Assembly: GCA_963827685.1 (NCBI GenBank)
Contig: CAWHBU010000001.1
Coordinates: 96,001 to 160,000, forward strand
Reading direction: 5' to 3'
DNA: 64,000 nucleotides
Source: an uncultured delta proteobacterium
GTDB taxonomy: Bacteria; Desulfobacterota; BSN033; UBA1163
The translations under genes and the position numbers were made by a program. Below, one piece after another: positions 49,488 to 58,970 of the stretch (position 1 is the first letter of the stretch; each line of letters begins with the position of its first letter). The notes beneath the pieces were generated by a model. The model worked only from the letters and a program-made list of their open reading frames with translations, did no database searches and had not been told where the DNA came from.

Positions 49488-50759
49488 CTATTTCCAAGTT
49501 CGCCGGTCGATTATCAGTCCTTCCTTCTCGGACAGAGTTCCTTTTTCAATGAACTCAAGCTTGTCAATTTTAACCACGCATGTTTCTCTAAAAACATTTT
49601 CAAACTCCCGCTCAAGTTTGGCCCGATCAGGTCCTTCTTTCTCTACCTCAACTCTCACGGTCAAGATATCCTTAAAGCCTTCCCTGTCTACAAGGGCCTG
49701 AAGTCTCGGTTCACCAAATCGAGATGACACAGCTTTCAATTGACTGGGCGCGATAAACATCCCTCTTACTTTGGTGGCTTCGCCCACCCTCCCGGATATC
49801 CCAGCAAGGCGCAACGAACTCCTGCCGCAGGAGCAAGGTTCCTTGATCACCTTGGAGAGGTCCCCTGTTCCAAACCTGAAAAGGAAAAATAGATTATTCA
49901 GTCTTGTCACCACCACCTCCCCCCATTCTCCCGGGTTAACTTGTTTTCCCGTCGCGGGATCCACCATTTCAACGATGACCTCCTCACAGATATGCCAGCC
50001 CTTTTTGGCTTGGCATTCATAGGCAACATCACCTACTTCTGTGGCTCCGTACATCTGATAGGTGTCGATACCATATTCTTTCTCAAATTTCTCCCGCAAA
50101 GAAGGTTGAAGCGGCTCAGCGACGAAGCTGGCCCGTCTTACTTTAAAATCGCTTTTAAAGTTGTAACCCATCTCCTCAGCCTTCTTAATGATCGCCATCA
50201 AAAAGCTGGGGGTGCCCGTGTAACCTGTTGCACCCAGGTCTCGAATCAATTGAACTTGATTTTCTGTGCTGGAAGTGCCTGAAGGAATGACCGTTGCCCC
50301 CACACGTCTCAGACCACTGTGGAAAGTCAAACCTGCGGCGACCATATGATAAGAAAAGGCATTCAACACAACGTCCCCTTTTCTAAAACCCGCTGCATAA
50401 TAGCCTCTGCCCCATATCGGGTCTTTTTCTGTAAGATGAGGCTCGTAGACTGGCCCGGGGGAAGTAAAGATTCTGTCGGTCATCACATTTTGGGCAGAGA
50501 ATCCTCCGTAGGGAGGCTCTTCCTTCTCGAGTCTGGCCAGTTGTTCTCGCGAGATGACAGGCAGCTTTTCCAAGTCCTTGACGGATTTTATTTTCAGAGG
50601 ATCGATGTTTCGTCCGTCAAAAATCTTCTTCACGCTGCTTGCTTTTCTATATCCCAGACGAACCATTTTAACCAGACTCTGATTATAATAACTCTGCCTC
50701 CTCGACAGAGACATTTTTTCTTTAGCATCATAATAACGGGATTCTTTTTTAGCTACCAT
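49488..50759 (-). CDS. Phenylacetate--CoA ligase family protein
   Basis: TSPGPVYEP, GTPSFL, YGATEVG, RFGTGDL and KVRGMF. Confidence 0.88.
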   Translation of the reverse strand: MVAKKESRYYDAKEKMSLSRRQSYYNQSLVKMVRLGYRKASSVKKIFDGRNIDPLKIKSVKDLEKLPVISREQLARLEKEEPPYGGFSAQNVMTDRIFTSPGPVYEPHLTEKDPIWGRGYYAAGFRKGDVVLNAFSYHMVAAGLTFHSGLRRVGATVIPSGTSSTENQVQLIRDLGATGYTGTPSFLMAIIKKAEEMGYNFKSDFKVRRASFVAEPLQPSLREKFEKEYGIDTYQMYGATEVGDVAYECQAKKGWHICEEVIVEMVDPATGKQVNPGEWGEVVVTRLNNLFFLFRFGTGDLSKVIKEPCSCGRSSLRLAGISGRVGEATKVRGMFIAPSQLKAVSSRFGEPRLQALVDREGFKDILTVRVEVEKEGPDRAKLEREFENVFRETCVVKIDKLEFIEKGTLSEKEGLIIDRRTWK

Positions 50760-50888
50760 GTCTCCCTCCTGTAAATCTCAAATCACTATTCTCGTGTCCG
50801 TGTCGCGTGTTACGTGCCTGCACGCCGTAGGCCGTTTCGGCACGTAGGCGTGTCCGGACACGGAAGACGGTCACGGATACGGGTCCCA

Positions 50889-51692
50889 TTAGAGCCAGCG
50901 TTTACGCCGCTTATAAGACTTCACATCTTTATACGACTTGAGCGCACCTGAGGATGCCGTGCCAAGATAAAATTCCTTCACATCTGGATTTTCCCTCAAA
51001 TTGACAGCAGCCTCTTCCATCACGATTTTACCGTTTTCCATCACATACCCATAGTGGGCGATCAGGAGGGCCATGTTGGCATTCTGTTCAACCAGCATGA
51101 TGGTGGTCTTCTGTTCTTCGTTGATCCTTTTGACAATTTCAAAAATTTCTCTGACCAGAAAAGGTGCCAAACCCAATGAGGGCTCATCCAATAATAATAG
51201 TTGGGGGTGGGCCATCAAGGCTCGACCCATAACGAGCATCTGCAATTCGCCACCACTGCAGTATCCGGCCAATCTGTTTTTCCTGGCTACCAAGGGTTGA
51301 AAGTAACGGTAGACCAACTCAAGATCTTTCTTATAGGGTTTCCCCCATCGGGTCGCTGTCCCTACTCTGAGATTTTCTTCAACGGTCAGATATTTAAAGG
51401 GTTGACGACCTTCCAGGACCTGAATGATTCCAAGGCGGGTAATGGTCTCCGGAGATGAATTATGAATCCCCTTGTTTTCATATTCAATGGAGCCTTCCGT
51501 TACCTTACCGTTCTCCGGTTTGAGCAATCCAGAGATGGCCTTTAAGGTGGTTGTTTTCCCTGCGCCGTTACTACCAAGTAATGAAACAATTTGTCCTTTT
51601 CTAATAACCAGGGAAACCCCTTTTAACACCTGGATGACATCCGAGTAAACGACGCTGATATTATTGACTTGAAGTAGGATATTATCTTCCAT
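50889..51692 (-). CDS. ABC transporter ATP-binding protein (LivF-like)
   Basis: GSNGAGKTT, SGGE, LLLDEPSLGLAP and VEQN. Confidence 0.94.
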   Translation of the reverse strand: MEDNILLQVNNISVVYSDVIQVLKGVSLVIRKGQIVSLLGSNGAGKTTTLKAISGLLKPENGKVTEGSIEYENKGIHNSSPETITRLGIIQVLEGRQPFKYLTVEENLRVGTATRWGKPYKKDLELVYRYFQPLVARKNRLAGYCSGGELQMLVMGRALMAHPQLLLLDEPSLGLAPFLVREIFEIVKRINEEQKTTIMLVEQNANMALLIAHYGYVMENGKIVMEEAAVNLRENPDVKEFYLGTASSGALKSYKDVKSYKRRKRWL

Positions 51693-51785
51693 ATCTGCCC
51701 CGTAAGGTAGTAGGGATCGTTCCCCGAGCGAATCGGTTTTTCAGGCTATCTGTGTAATCTTTTTTTTCAATCTGTGTAATCATTT

Positions 51786-52856
51786 TTAGTATGAAAATGG
51801 CCAGAGTCTAAAGCCGGATCGGATGATGCGCCATACCTCAGCTAATCCTTTGGGTTCGAAAATAATGAATAGTACAATGGCCAACCCAAACACAAATTCC
51901 CGAAGGGGTGCGATAGTCAGCGCGATCTTGGTGAGCCCTTCAATATTCATAAAGAACTGTGTGGCTTGGCTCAGTATTTCATTTAAGGCGGTGATGAAAA
52001 TGGCACCCAACACAGCGCCGGGAATACTTCCCAGACCTCCGATGATGATCATCGCTATGTATTCGACAGAGAGGGACAACGTATAGGGCTCAGGGGTGAT
52101 GCTGCCTATATAATAAGCCGCCAGTCCTCCGGCAAACCCTGCATAGAAAGAACTGATTGCGAAGGAGAGGAGTTTATATTTGAAGATGGGAATGCCCATG
52201 CCCTCCGCAGCCCTGTCATTATCACGGATGGCAATAAAGGCACGGCCGTATCGGGTCCGTATGAGGTTGACCGCAATCCATGTCAAGACGACAAAGCAGC
52301 CAAAGATGACATAATAGAAGGCGCGATCCCCTTTTACATCGAGCCCAAAGAGAGAGGCCCGAGGCAACATAATACCCTCTGGCCCCTTGGTGAGGCTTTC
52401 CCATGAAACGAAGAGGTATTGAAGAATAAACTGACCTGCCAGAGTGGCAATGGTTAGGTAGAGGTGTTTGAGGCGGACAGATGGAATCCCAAAAACCACG
52501 CCCACGAGGGCAGTGATGACGCCTGCAGAGATAACGGAAAGCCAGAATGGAAAACCCACAGCGGTTGCAAGAATGGCCGCTGCATAGGCTCCCACACCAA
52601 AAAAAGCACCATGGCCAAGAGAGATCTGACCCGTATATCCGATGAGGATATTGAGGCCTATGGCAGCAATGGCGGCCATTCCGATGTGATTGACCACATA
52701 CAGAGTATAATGACTGCTGATGAGTGGAACGATTACAAAAAGGAGGAAAAGTCCAATCCATAACCACAGCCTACCAAAATCTGTCCCAAAGATGGTGAGC
52801 TCTTCTCCATACTGTTCATTAAATTTTCCACAAGGATGTAATTTCAGCTTTCGCAT
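51786..52856 (-). CDS. ABC transporter permease (LivM-like)
   Basis: GYTGQISLGHGAF, YLTIATLA and GRAFIAIRDN. ATG 52856 with GGAGG RBS preferred as start. Confidence 0.93.
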   Translation of the reverse strand: MRKLKLHPCGKFNEQYGEELTIFGTDFGRLWLWIGLFLLFVIVPLISSHYTLYVVNHIGMAAIAAIGLNILIGYTGQISLGHGAFFGVGAYAAAILATAVGFPFWLSVISAGVITALVGVVFGIPSVRLKHLYLTIATLAGQFILQYLFVSWESLTKGPEGIMLPRASLFGLDVKGDRAFYYVIFGCFVVLTWIAVNLIRTRYGRAFIAIRDNDRAAEGMGIPIFKYKLLSFAISSFYAGFAGGLAAYYIGSITPEPYTLSLSVEYIAMIIIGGLGSIPGAVLGAIFITALNEILSQATQFFMNIEGLTKIALTIAPLREFVFGLAIVLFIIFEPKGLAEVWRIIRSGFRLWPFSY

Positions 52857-53054
52857 TCTCCCTCCAAACCCTTTACGCCCCCAATAAATGACGGCGCTAC
52901 AAATCTCGTGTCCATGACTCTGTAATTTGCACAATGAACAATGAACGATGGACTATGAACTTATTGTTTATTGTTCATCGTTCTTTCATCTCCCTATCTC
53001 CCGATCACCCCCTCCTCCCCTCCCCCTTTGAAAGGGGGAGGGAAAGGGTGGGGG

Positions 53055-53933
53055 TTACACTCTCTCAATTTCTACCAGCCCAAAGAGCCCATAGGGCTTC
53101 ACCAGTAAAATGAAAACGAGAACCACATAAGGAATGACCTCCATGAGCGAGGTGGAAACGTATCCGCCTGTGAAGGTTTCGAGGATTCCTATAATAAGCC
53201 CTCCGATGATGGCTCCCCCAATACTTTCCAGTCCTCCCAAGATGACGACTGGGAAGACCTTGAGTCCCAAGACACTGATATCATGGACATTGATCCCGTT
53301 CATGATCCCCAGAATGATCCCACTGATGGCACAGACCAGGGCAGCAATGGCCCAAGACATCGCAAAAACTCTTCTCACATGAACCCCCAAGGAGAGAGCG
53401 GCAGGTTGATTATCGGCCACCGACCTCATATAAATTCCTTGAGAGGAATATTTAAAAAAGAATCCGAAGATCGATAGGAAAATGACACCGATGATAAAGG
53501 ACGCCACATAGACAGGAGGGATATTAATGGCTCCCCATTTAATGGTAAGGCCCGCTGGAAGGAAGTCCGGATAATTAAATAAATTACCTCCGAAGATGAC
53601 CAGCAATAAACCTTTGAACATGGCCGCCAGTCCGACGGTCAGCATAATTACTTCAATGAGGGCCTCGCCGATCAAGGGACGGAGAAATAGGCGTTCGATG
53701 ACAAATCCCATAGCGAACGTTCCCACCAGCGTCAGTAAAAAGGAGAGGTAGATGGGTAAATTCCACTTTACGGAAAAGGCCAGAAAAATGAAGGCCCCTA
53801 TTGCCAGCAATTCTCCGTGGGCGAAATTGAGCACGCTCGAGGACTTAAAAATCATGACAAAGCCCAGGGCCGCGAGGGCGTATAAAAAGCCAATAGATAA
53901 CCCCTGAACTAAAAGTTGAAGAAAGAATTCCAT
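53055..53933 (-). CDS. ABC transporter permease (LivH-like)
   Basis: YALAALG, NFAHGE, ILGGL and KPYGLFG. Confidence 0.93.
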   Translation of the reverse strand: MEFFLQLLVQGLSIGFLYALAALGFVMIFKSSSVLNFAHGELLAIGAFIFLAFSVKWNLPIYLSFLLTLVGTFAMGFVIERLFLRPLIGEALIEVIMLTVGLAAMFKGLLLVIFGGNLFNYPDFLPAGLTIKWGAINIPPVYVASFIIGVIFLSIFGFFFKYSSQGIYMRSVADNQPAALSLGVHVRRVFAMSWAIAALVCAISGIILGIMNGINVHDISVLGLKVFPVVILGGLESIGGAIIGGLIIGILETFTGGYVSTSLMEVIPYVVLVFILLVKPYGLFGLVEIERV

Positions 53934-54251
53934 AAAAAGGAAACCCCCCTTCTAAAAATCATTGAAAGTTGCAAAATAGAAACTTGGCAATGGGTCATGA
54001 CGGGTTCGTCACCCTCGAATCCCGCTTAGGCGGGAAAAATCCCCCTCAATCCCCCTTTTGCCTGTCTTTGACAGGAAAAAGATTACAAAGGGGGAGCTTA
54101 CTCCTCCCTTTCGTAAAGGGAGGCGCCGCCGTCCAGAGCCTCGATACTCACGCAAGCGAGGTAGTGGGACTCTGGCGCCGGACGGTGGGGAGGGATTTGA
54201 GAAAGCTATTTTCTGAGCAATTTAGATTTTACATTTTGCATTGATACTTTC

Positions 54252-56198
54252 TTACTCGACCCTTAGGATCTTGACCTTGGTTTCAATCGTTCCCACCTGC
54301 CCGTCCCGGTACCTCACTTTGCCCGTCACCTCTAATTCATTCTGGTCGCTATACATCGCCTCGATCAATTTGATGTACTGTTCATAAACGAACTTTCTAC
54401 GTACCTTTCCAGTTCTTGTCAGCTCCTCGTCATCAGCGTCGAGGAGCTTATAGAGCAAAATAATTCTCTTAAGCCTCATTGGCTTTGGCAGTTGAGTATT
54501 CACATGGCGGATTTCGCCAAGAATCAGCTCTCCAACAGGAGGTTGCTGAGAGAGATCAGTATAGGTCGTATAGGGAATCATTCGGTCCTCTGCCCAACTA
54601 CCCACATTCCCAAAATCAATGTTGATGAAACCTGTGATGTAGTCACGACCTTCACCCCAGACGACAGCTTCTTTGATATAGGGACTGAATTTTAGCCTCG
54701 TTTCAATAAAGTCCGAGGAAATAGCTTCGCCCCCTTTGGTGCGCATGATCTCTTCTTTCCGCCCGATAATCAATAGGTGACCATCATCATCGATATAGCC
54801 TGCGTCACCGGTATGAAGCCAACCATCGCGAAGCGCTTTATTCGTCGCCTCCGGATCTTGGTAATAACCGACAAAGCAGGAGGGTGTTCTGACAAGTACC
54901 TCCTGATCTTCTGCTATCTTGACCTCTGTCCTGGGTAAGGGTTTGCCAACGGACTCTGGTTTGACCTCTTTATCCGGTTGAACCTGAAAGACCCCTCCCC
55001 CTTCGGTGAGACCGTAAGCATGCTTTAGATTTAATCCCTTTGCACGAAAGAATCGTATGACATCTGGGCTAATGGGATGCCCTCCTGTAATCGCAGCACG
55101 AATTTGTGAGCAGCCCACTCGATCCAACAGGGGACGATAGACGACCCTTGCGAATATTTTATGAAGTACTTGTACGGGGGTAGGGACGGGTTCTTTTTTA
55201 GACTCGTGATCGACCAGAGCCCCTCCAATCTTTTCACCCAAGACAAAAAGTTTACGTTTCACCCAACCCGCATCGGCGATCTTCACTCTAATTTTAGAGG
55301 CGAGGTCTTCCCAGAACCGCGAGGAGGTGATGATGACGACCGGTCCAATTTCTCGAAAATCTTCCGTTATGGTCTCTAACGTTTCAGGGAAATTCATGGT
55401 CATCCCTGTGAGGGGTGATACGCCTACTCCCCACATCTGGTCTACGATCCACGCGGTTGGGGTGATGGAAATCCAATTGTCTCCCGGACCAATCGGAGCG
55501 GTCTCAACCCATTTCCTTGCGATTTCGGTGAAACTCCGATGGGAAATCATCGCTAATTTGGGAATGCCCGTGGTTCCGGAGGTCATGATCATTAAAGCGA
55601 CTTCATCCGGTTTTCCTTTCCACAATTCTTCTTCAAAAAGATTGGGCTGTTCTTGGTCCAACTTCGCACCGAGATCTAAGAGCTCCTTGAAGCTTATCAG
55701 CCAGGGATTATTGGTATAAGTTCTCATGCCTGTTTGATCAACATAAATAACCCTCCGAACATGAGGCAGTTGTTCTTTCATCTCTAATAATTTATCTACC
55801 TGCTCTTGGTCTTGAGCGACCACAAAGACAGCTTGAATGCGATTCAACATGACTGTCAGTTCTTTTGCAGTCGAAGAGGTAAACAGATTGACTGTAATAG
55901 CACCCAATGCCTGAGCACCTATCTCGGCAAAAAGCCACTCCGGATGGTTGTCTGTGATGATCCCAATGTTTTCACCCCGTTTGAGACCAAGAGCCTTGAG
56001 CCCCAAAGCCACATTCTTCGTATAACGAAAGTAATCCAGCCAATTATAGGAGAGCCAAATCCCATACATCTTTTCGCGAATGGCGATTTTCTTCGTCCCC
56101 ATCTCTTTTGCCTGTTTCAACAGTATCTGGGGCAACGTATATTGGCACAGTTGGGATATGGCTTCTTGGTCGAGACGTTCTACTTTTCTGACCCCCAT
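54252..56198 (-). CDS. Long-chain fatty acid--CoA ligase-like AMP-binding protein
   Basis: TSGTTGIPK, YGLTE, WLHTGDAG and ELTRTGKVRR. Confidence 0.92.
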   Translation of the reverse strand: MGVRKVERLDQEAISQLCQYTLPQILLKQAKEMGTKKIAIREKMYGIWLSYNWLDYFRYTKNVALGLKALGLKRGENIGIITDNHPEWLFAEIGAQALGAITVNLFTSSTAKELTVMLNRIQAVFVVAQDQEQVDKLLEMKEQLPHVRRVIYVDQTGMRTYTNNPWLISFKELLDLGAKLDQEQPNLFEEELWKGKPDEVALMIMTSGTTGIPKLAMISHRSFTEIARKWVETAPIGPGDNWISITPTAWIVDQMWGVGVSPLTGMTMNFPETLETITEDFREIGPVVIITSSRFWEDLASKIRVKIADAGWVKRKLFVLGEKIGGALVDHESKKEPVPTPVQVLHKIFARVVYRPLLDRVGCSQIRAAITGGHPISPDVIRFFRAKGLNLKHAYGLTEGGGVFQVQPDKEVKPESVGKPLPRTEVKIAEDQEVLVRTPSCFVGYYQDPEATNKALRDGWLHTGDAGYIDDDGHLLIIGRKEEIMRTKGGEAISSDFIETRLKFSPYIKEAVVWGEGRDYITGFINIDFGNVGSWAEDRMIPYTTYTDLSQQPPVGELILGEIRHVNTQLPKPMRLKRIILLYKLLDADDEELTRTGKVRRKFVYEQYIKLIEAMYSDQNELEVTGKVRYRDGQVGTIETKVKILRVE

Positions 56199-56294
56199 AG
56201 ACGCTTCTCTCCGCGATTGGAATAGTGGAATGTTGGAACATTAGGTCAATGGGTTTTGACCATGATTCCATCATTCCATCATTCCGCCATTCCG

Positions 56295-57137
56295 TCAAAA
56301 TCTTGTGGCATCACCCAGATAGGCCTTGATGACCTCGGGGTGATTTTGGATGACTTCCGGGGTACCCTCTGCGATCTTTTCCCCGAAATTCAAAACCATA
56401 ATTCGTTGTGAAACACTCATGACAACGGACATATCATGTTCCACCAGGATGATGGTCTGACCCCATGCCGAGTTTAACTCCAGCAAAAAACGAACCATAT
56501 CTTCCTTTTCCTCAAGGGTCATTCCGGCAAAGGGTTCATCAAGCACTAAAAGTTTTGGTTCCAAGGCTAAAGCCCGGCCCAGCTCAACCCTCTTTCTCAT
56601 CCCATACGGCAAGGAGCCCACCGGTTTTTTTCGGATCGACTGCATTTCCAGAAAGTCGATCAATTCTTCCAAAACCTGACGGTGTCGAACTTCTTCCTTT
56701 CGAACGGATGAGGAAAAGATGGAGGCTTTTCCAATTCCATAATTGCAATAAAGATGACGAGCCAAAAGCATATTCGCCAATACGGTGATCCCCGGAAAGA
56801 GCTCAATATTCTGGAATGTCCTTCCAATCCCTTTCTTCGTGATCTCATGGGGGTGATGACCTGTAATCTCTTCACCGTTGAAAAGGATCTGTCCTTTTTG
56901 TGGATGGTAATAACCTGTAATACAGTTCATGAGGCTTGTCTTTCCAGCACCATTCGGCCCGATGACGCTGACCAATTCCCCCGTGTGAACGTTGAGATCC
57001 ACATCATGGAGTGCCATCACACCCCCGAAATTCAAAAACACTCTTTTCACCTCCAACTCAGCCTGTCGTTTCTCAGGCTGAGTGGAGGCATAGATACTGG
57101 GTTGACCTCGAAATGCCTTCATCGATTTTCCCTTCAA
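56295..57137 (-). CDS. ABC transporter ATP-binding protein (LivG-like)
   Basis: GPNGAGKTS, RTFQN, LPYG and VEHDM. Confidence 0.94.
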   Translation of the reverse strand: MKGKSMKAFRGQPSIYASTQPEKRQAELEVKRVFLNFGGVMALHDVDLNVHTGELVSVIGPNGAGKTSLMNCITGYYHPQKGQILFNGEEITGHHPHEITKKGIGRTFQNIELFPGITVLANMLLARHLYCNYGIGKASIFSSSVRKEEVRHRQVLEELIDFLEMQSIRKKPVGSLPYGMRKRVELGRALALEPKLLVLDEPFAGMTLEEKEDMVRFLLELNSAWGQTIILVEHDMSVVMSVSQRIMVLNFGEKIAEGTPEVIQNHPEVIKAYLGDATRF

Positions 57138-57147
57138 CGTTTAATCG

Positions 57148-58356
57148 TTACATTTTAGGAGCCATCAACACCTGAACTTTCTCTTTTCCGGGAACATAGA
57201 AATTTGTCATTGGAGCATAGGTCGCATCCTCGTTAATTTTTACGATCCTTCCTTTAAAAGAACCCTCATGGTTATCCTTCGTGTAGGTCACATAAGGGAC
57301 AAGACCTCCAAAATCCTCATTTTTAAAGGTCTCCATGGCTTTATTGATATTCTCCGCATTGATGGTTTTGTATAAACCGGCAGCCCGGTGAGCGGCTCTC
57401 TCCTCGATCATGGCCACGACCACCCCTTCCCAGTAAGAGGTTTCGAACTTATCCACGGTCTTGTACCTCGTCCACAACTTCTGAAGGATCTCAATCCCAA
57501 ATGTCTTATCCTGTGGGAGCACTCCACAGAACTGCATAAAGACTCGATTCCGTATCAATCCTTTTCCGAGCTTAAAAAAGTCGGGGTCGGTGGAGGTCCA
57601 GGTTCCAAAGAAAGGAACTTTGTAATCAACCTTGTCGGCTGCTTTGAGGGCCGTGATAATCGCAGCAGGAAGGATTTGCATAAAAACATACTCTGCCCCC
57701 TTAGACTTTAGACGGAGCATTTCTGTGGTCAGATCGACCGTTGCGGGTGGGAATTCTTCAATGGTGACGATATTGATATTATTTTTCGCGGCATATTCCT
57801 TGCTCGGATCATGAATGGACCTTCCATAAACATTGTTATAAGTGAGAAGTCCTACCTTAGGAGCATTCTTCCCTTTATGGATGGATTTTATGTACTCGAG
57901 GACGGCATAGGAATCCAGTACGTAACTCCCGAAGGGGAGATACATATAATCGATCGGAGGTTTGAGAATGCCTTGATAAGTAGAGTAGTTTATGGTGGGT
58001 ATTTTATACTCTTGGATGATAGGTTTGATCTGGATTCCTGTACCGGCGTCCCATGTAGCGATCATATCTTTCTTTTCCTCGCAGAACTTTTTTACGAATT
58101 TAACACCCTCAGGGACTTTGTAGGCATGATCGACAATTTCTAACTCGATCTTTCTCCCCACAATTCCGCCTTTTACATCATTCACATAGTTGACATAATC
58201 CCGATGGCCTTTGGCATGGAACTGACCCCACGTCGAGGCCGGACCGGTGAGATTGATGACCGCTCCCACTCTTATGGGTTGAGCCACACCATTCACCGCC
58301 AAACCAATACAAATCATTCCTAAAATAATGGTTACTATGGATATGTAGCGTATCAT
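57148..58356 (-). CDS. ABC transporter substrate-binding protein (LivK-like)
   Basis: Signal peptide, LTGP, VN..GGI.G.KIEL and DHAY; first gene of the liv-like operon. Confidence 0.9.
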   Translation of the reverse strand: MIRYISIVTIILGMICIGLAVNGVAQPIRVGAVINLTGPASTWGQFHAKGHRDYVNYVNDVKGGIVGRKIELEIVDHAYKVPEGVKFVKKFCEEKKDMIATWDAGTGIQIKPIIQEYKIPTINYSTYQGILKPPIDYMYLPFGSYVLDSYAVLEYIKSIHKGKNAPKVGLLTYNNVYGRSIHDPSKEYAAKNNINIVTIEEFPPATVDLTTEMLRLKSKGAEYVFMQILPAAIITALKAADKVDYKVPFFGTWTSTDPDFFKLGKGLIRNRVFMQFCGVLPQDKTFGIEILQKLWTRYKTVDKFETSYWEGVVVAMIEERAAHRAAGLYKTINAENINKAMETFKNEDFGGLVPYVTYTKDNHEGSFKGRIVKINEDATYAPMTNFYVPGKEKVQVLMAPKM

Positions 58357-58733
58357 TTTTTTCTCCTTTTTAAGTTTTGGGTTTTACACCCGTTCTTCTA
58401 AAAAATCTTCTTGGTTAATGTCCCTCCCACCGCTGATCATCTCGTCATCGCCCTCCTCACCCCACCTCCTTTCCCTAAAGTGTTACTACCAGCAACGAGA
58501 TCGCCACGCTTGCGCGCCCTGCCTTCGTCCCGCAAGGCGGGGCTTCGCGCAGGCACGCTCTTCAGGCTCACAATGACCATCTATTAAGAAAGAAAAGATT
58601 ATTTATATTTAAACGGGAACAATAGGAGTGAAACCCTAATGCAAGGATTAGTCTATACTTATAGAAATTTTTTGCAAGCAAAAAATTTTTCGCCCAGTAA
58701 TCCCTCAGTGATGGGCGGAGATCCTATGCCCAG

Positions 58734-58891
58734 GATCGGGATGGTCTCTCCGGAGAAAACTTGAAGCGCCACATTTGAGCGATGAGCCAAGGTGCAGATA
58801 CCCTTAAAACGCCCCCTTCGGCACCACCCGCCGATTCCCCTCTCTCTAATGATCCGCCTTTAAAGGTTTCGGAGGGGAGACCACCCCGATC
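58734..58891 (-). ncRNA. Candidate rod-shaped structured RNA (6S-like)
   Basis: An 18-bp terminal stem and further interrupted pairing toward a central GGUGC/GCACC stem. G-U pairs favour the minus strand. Confidence 0.4.
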
Positions 58892-58970
58892 TAACCACAC
58901 CCGAGACGGAGGGGTTACTTCACCTATGCTTTCTCTCCCCATTCAAGGGAGGGAGCGAAAGGGAGGCGGG

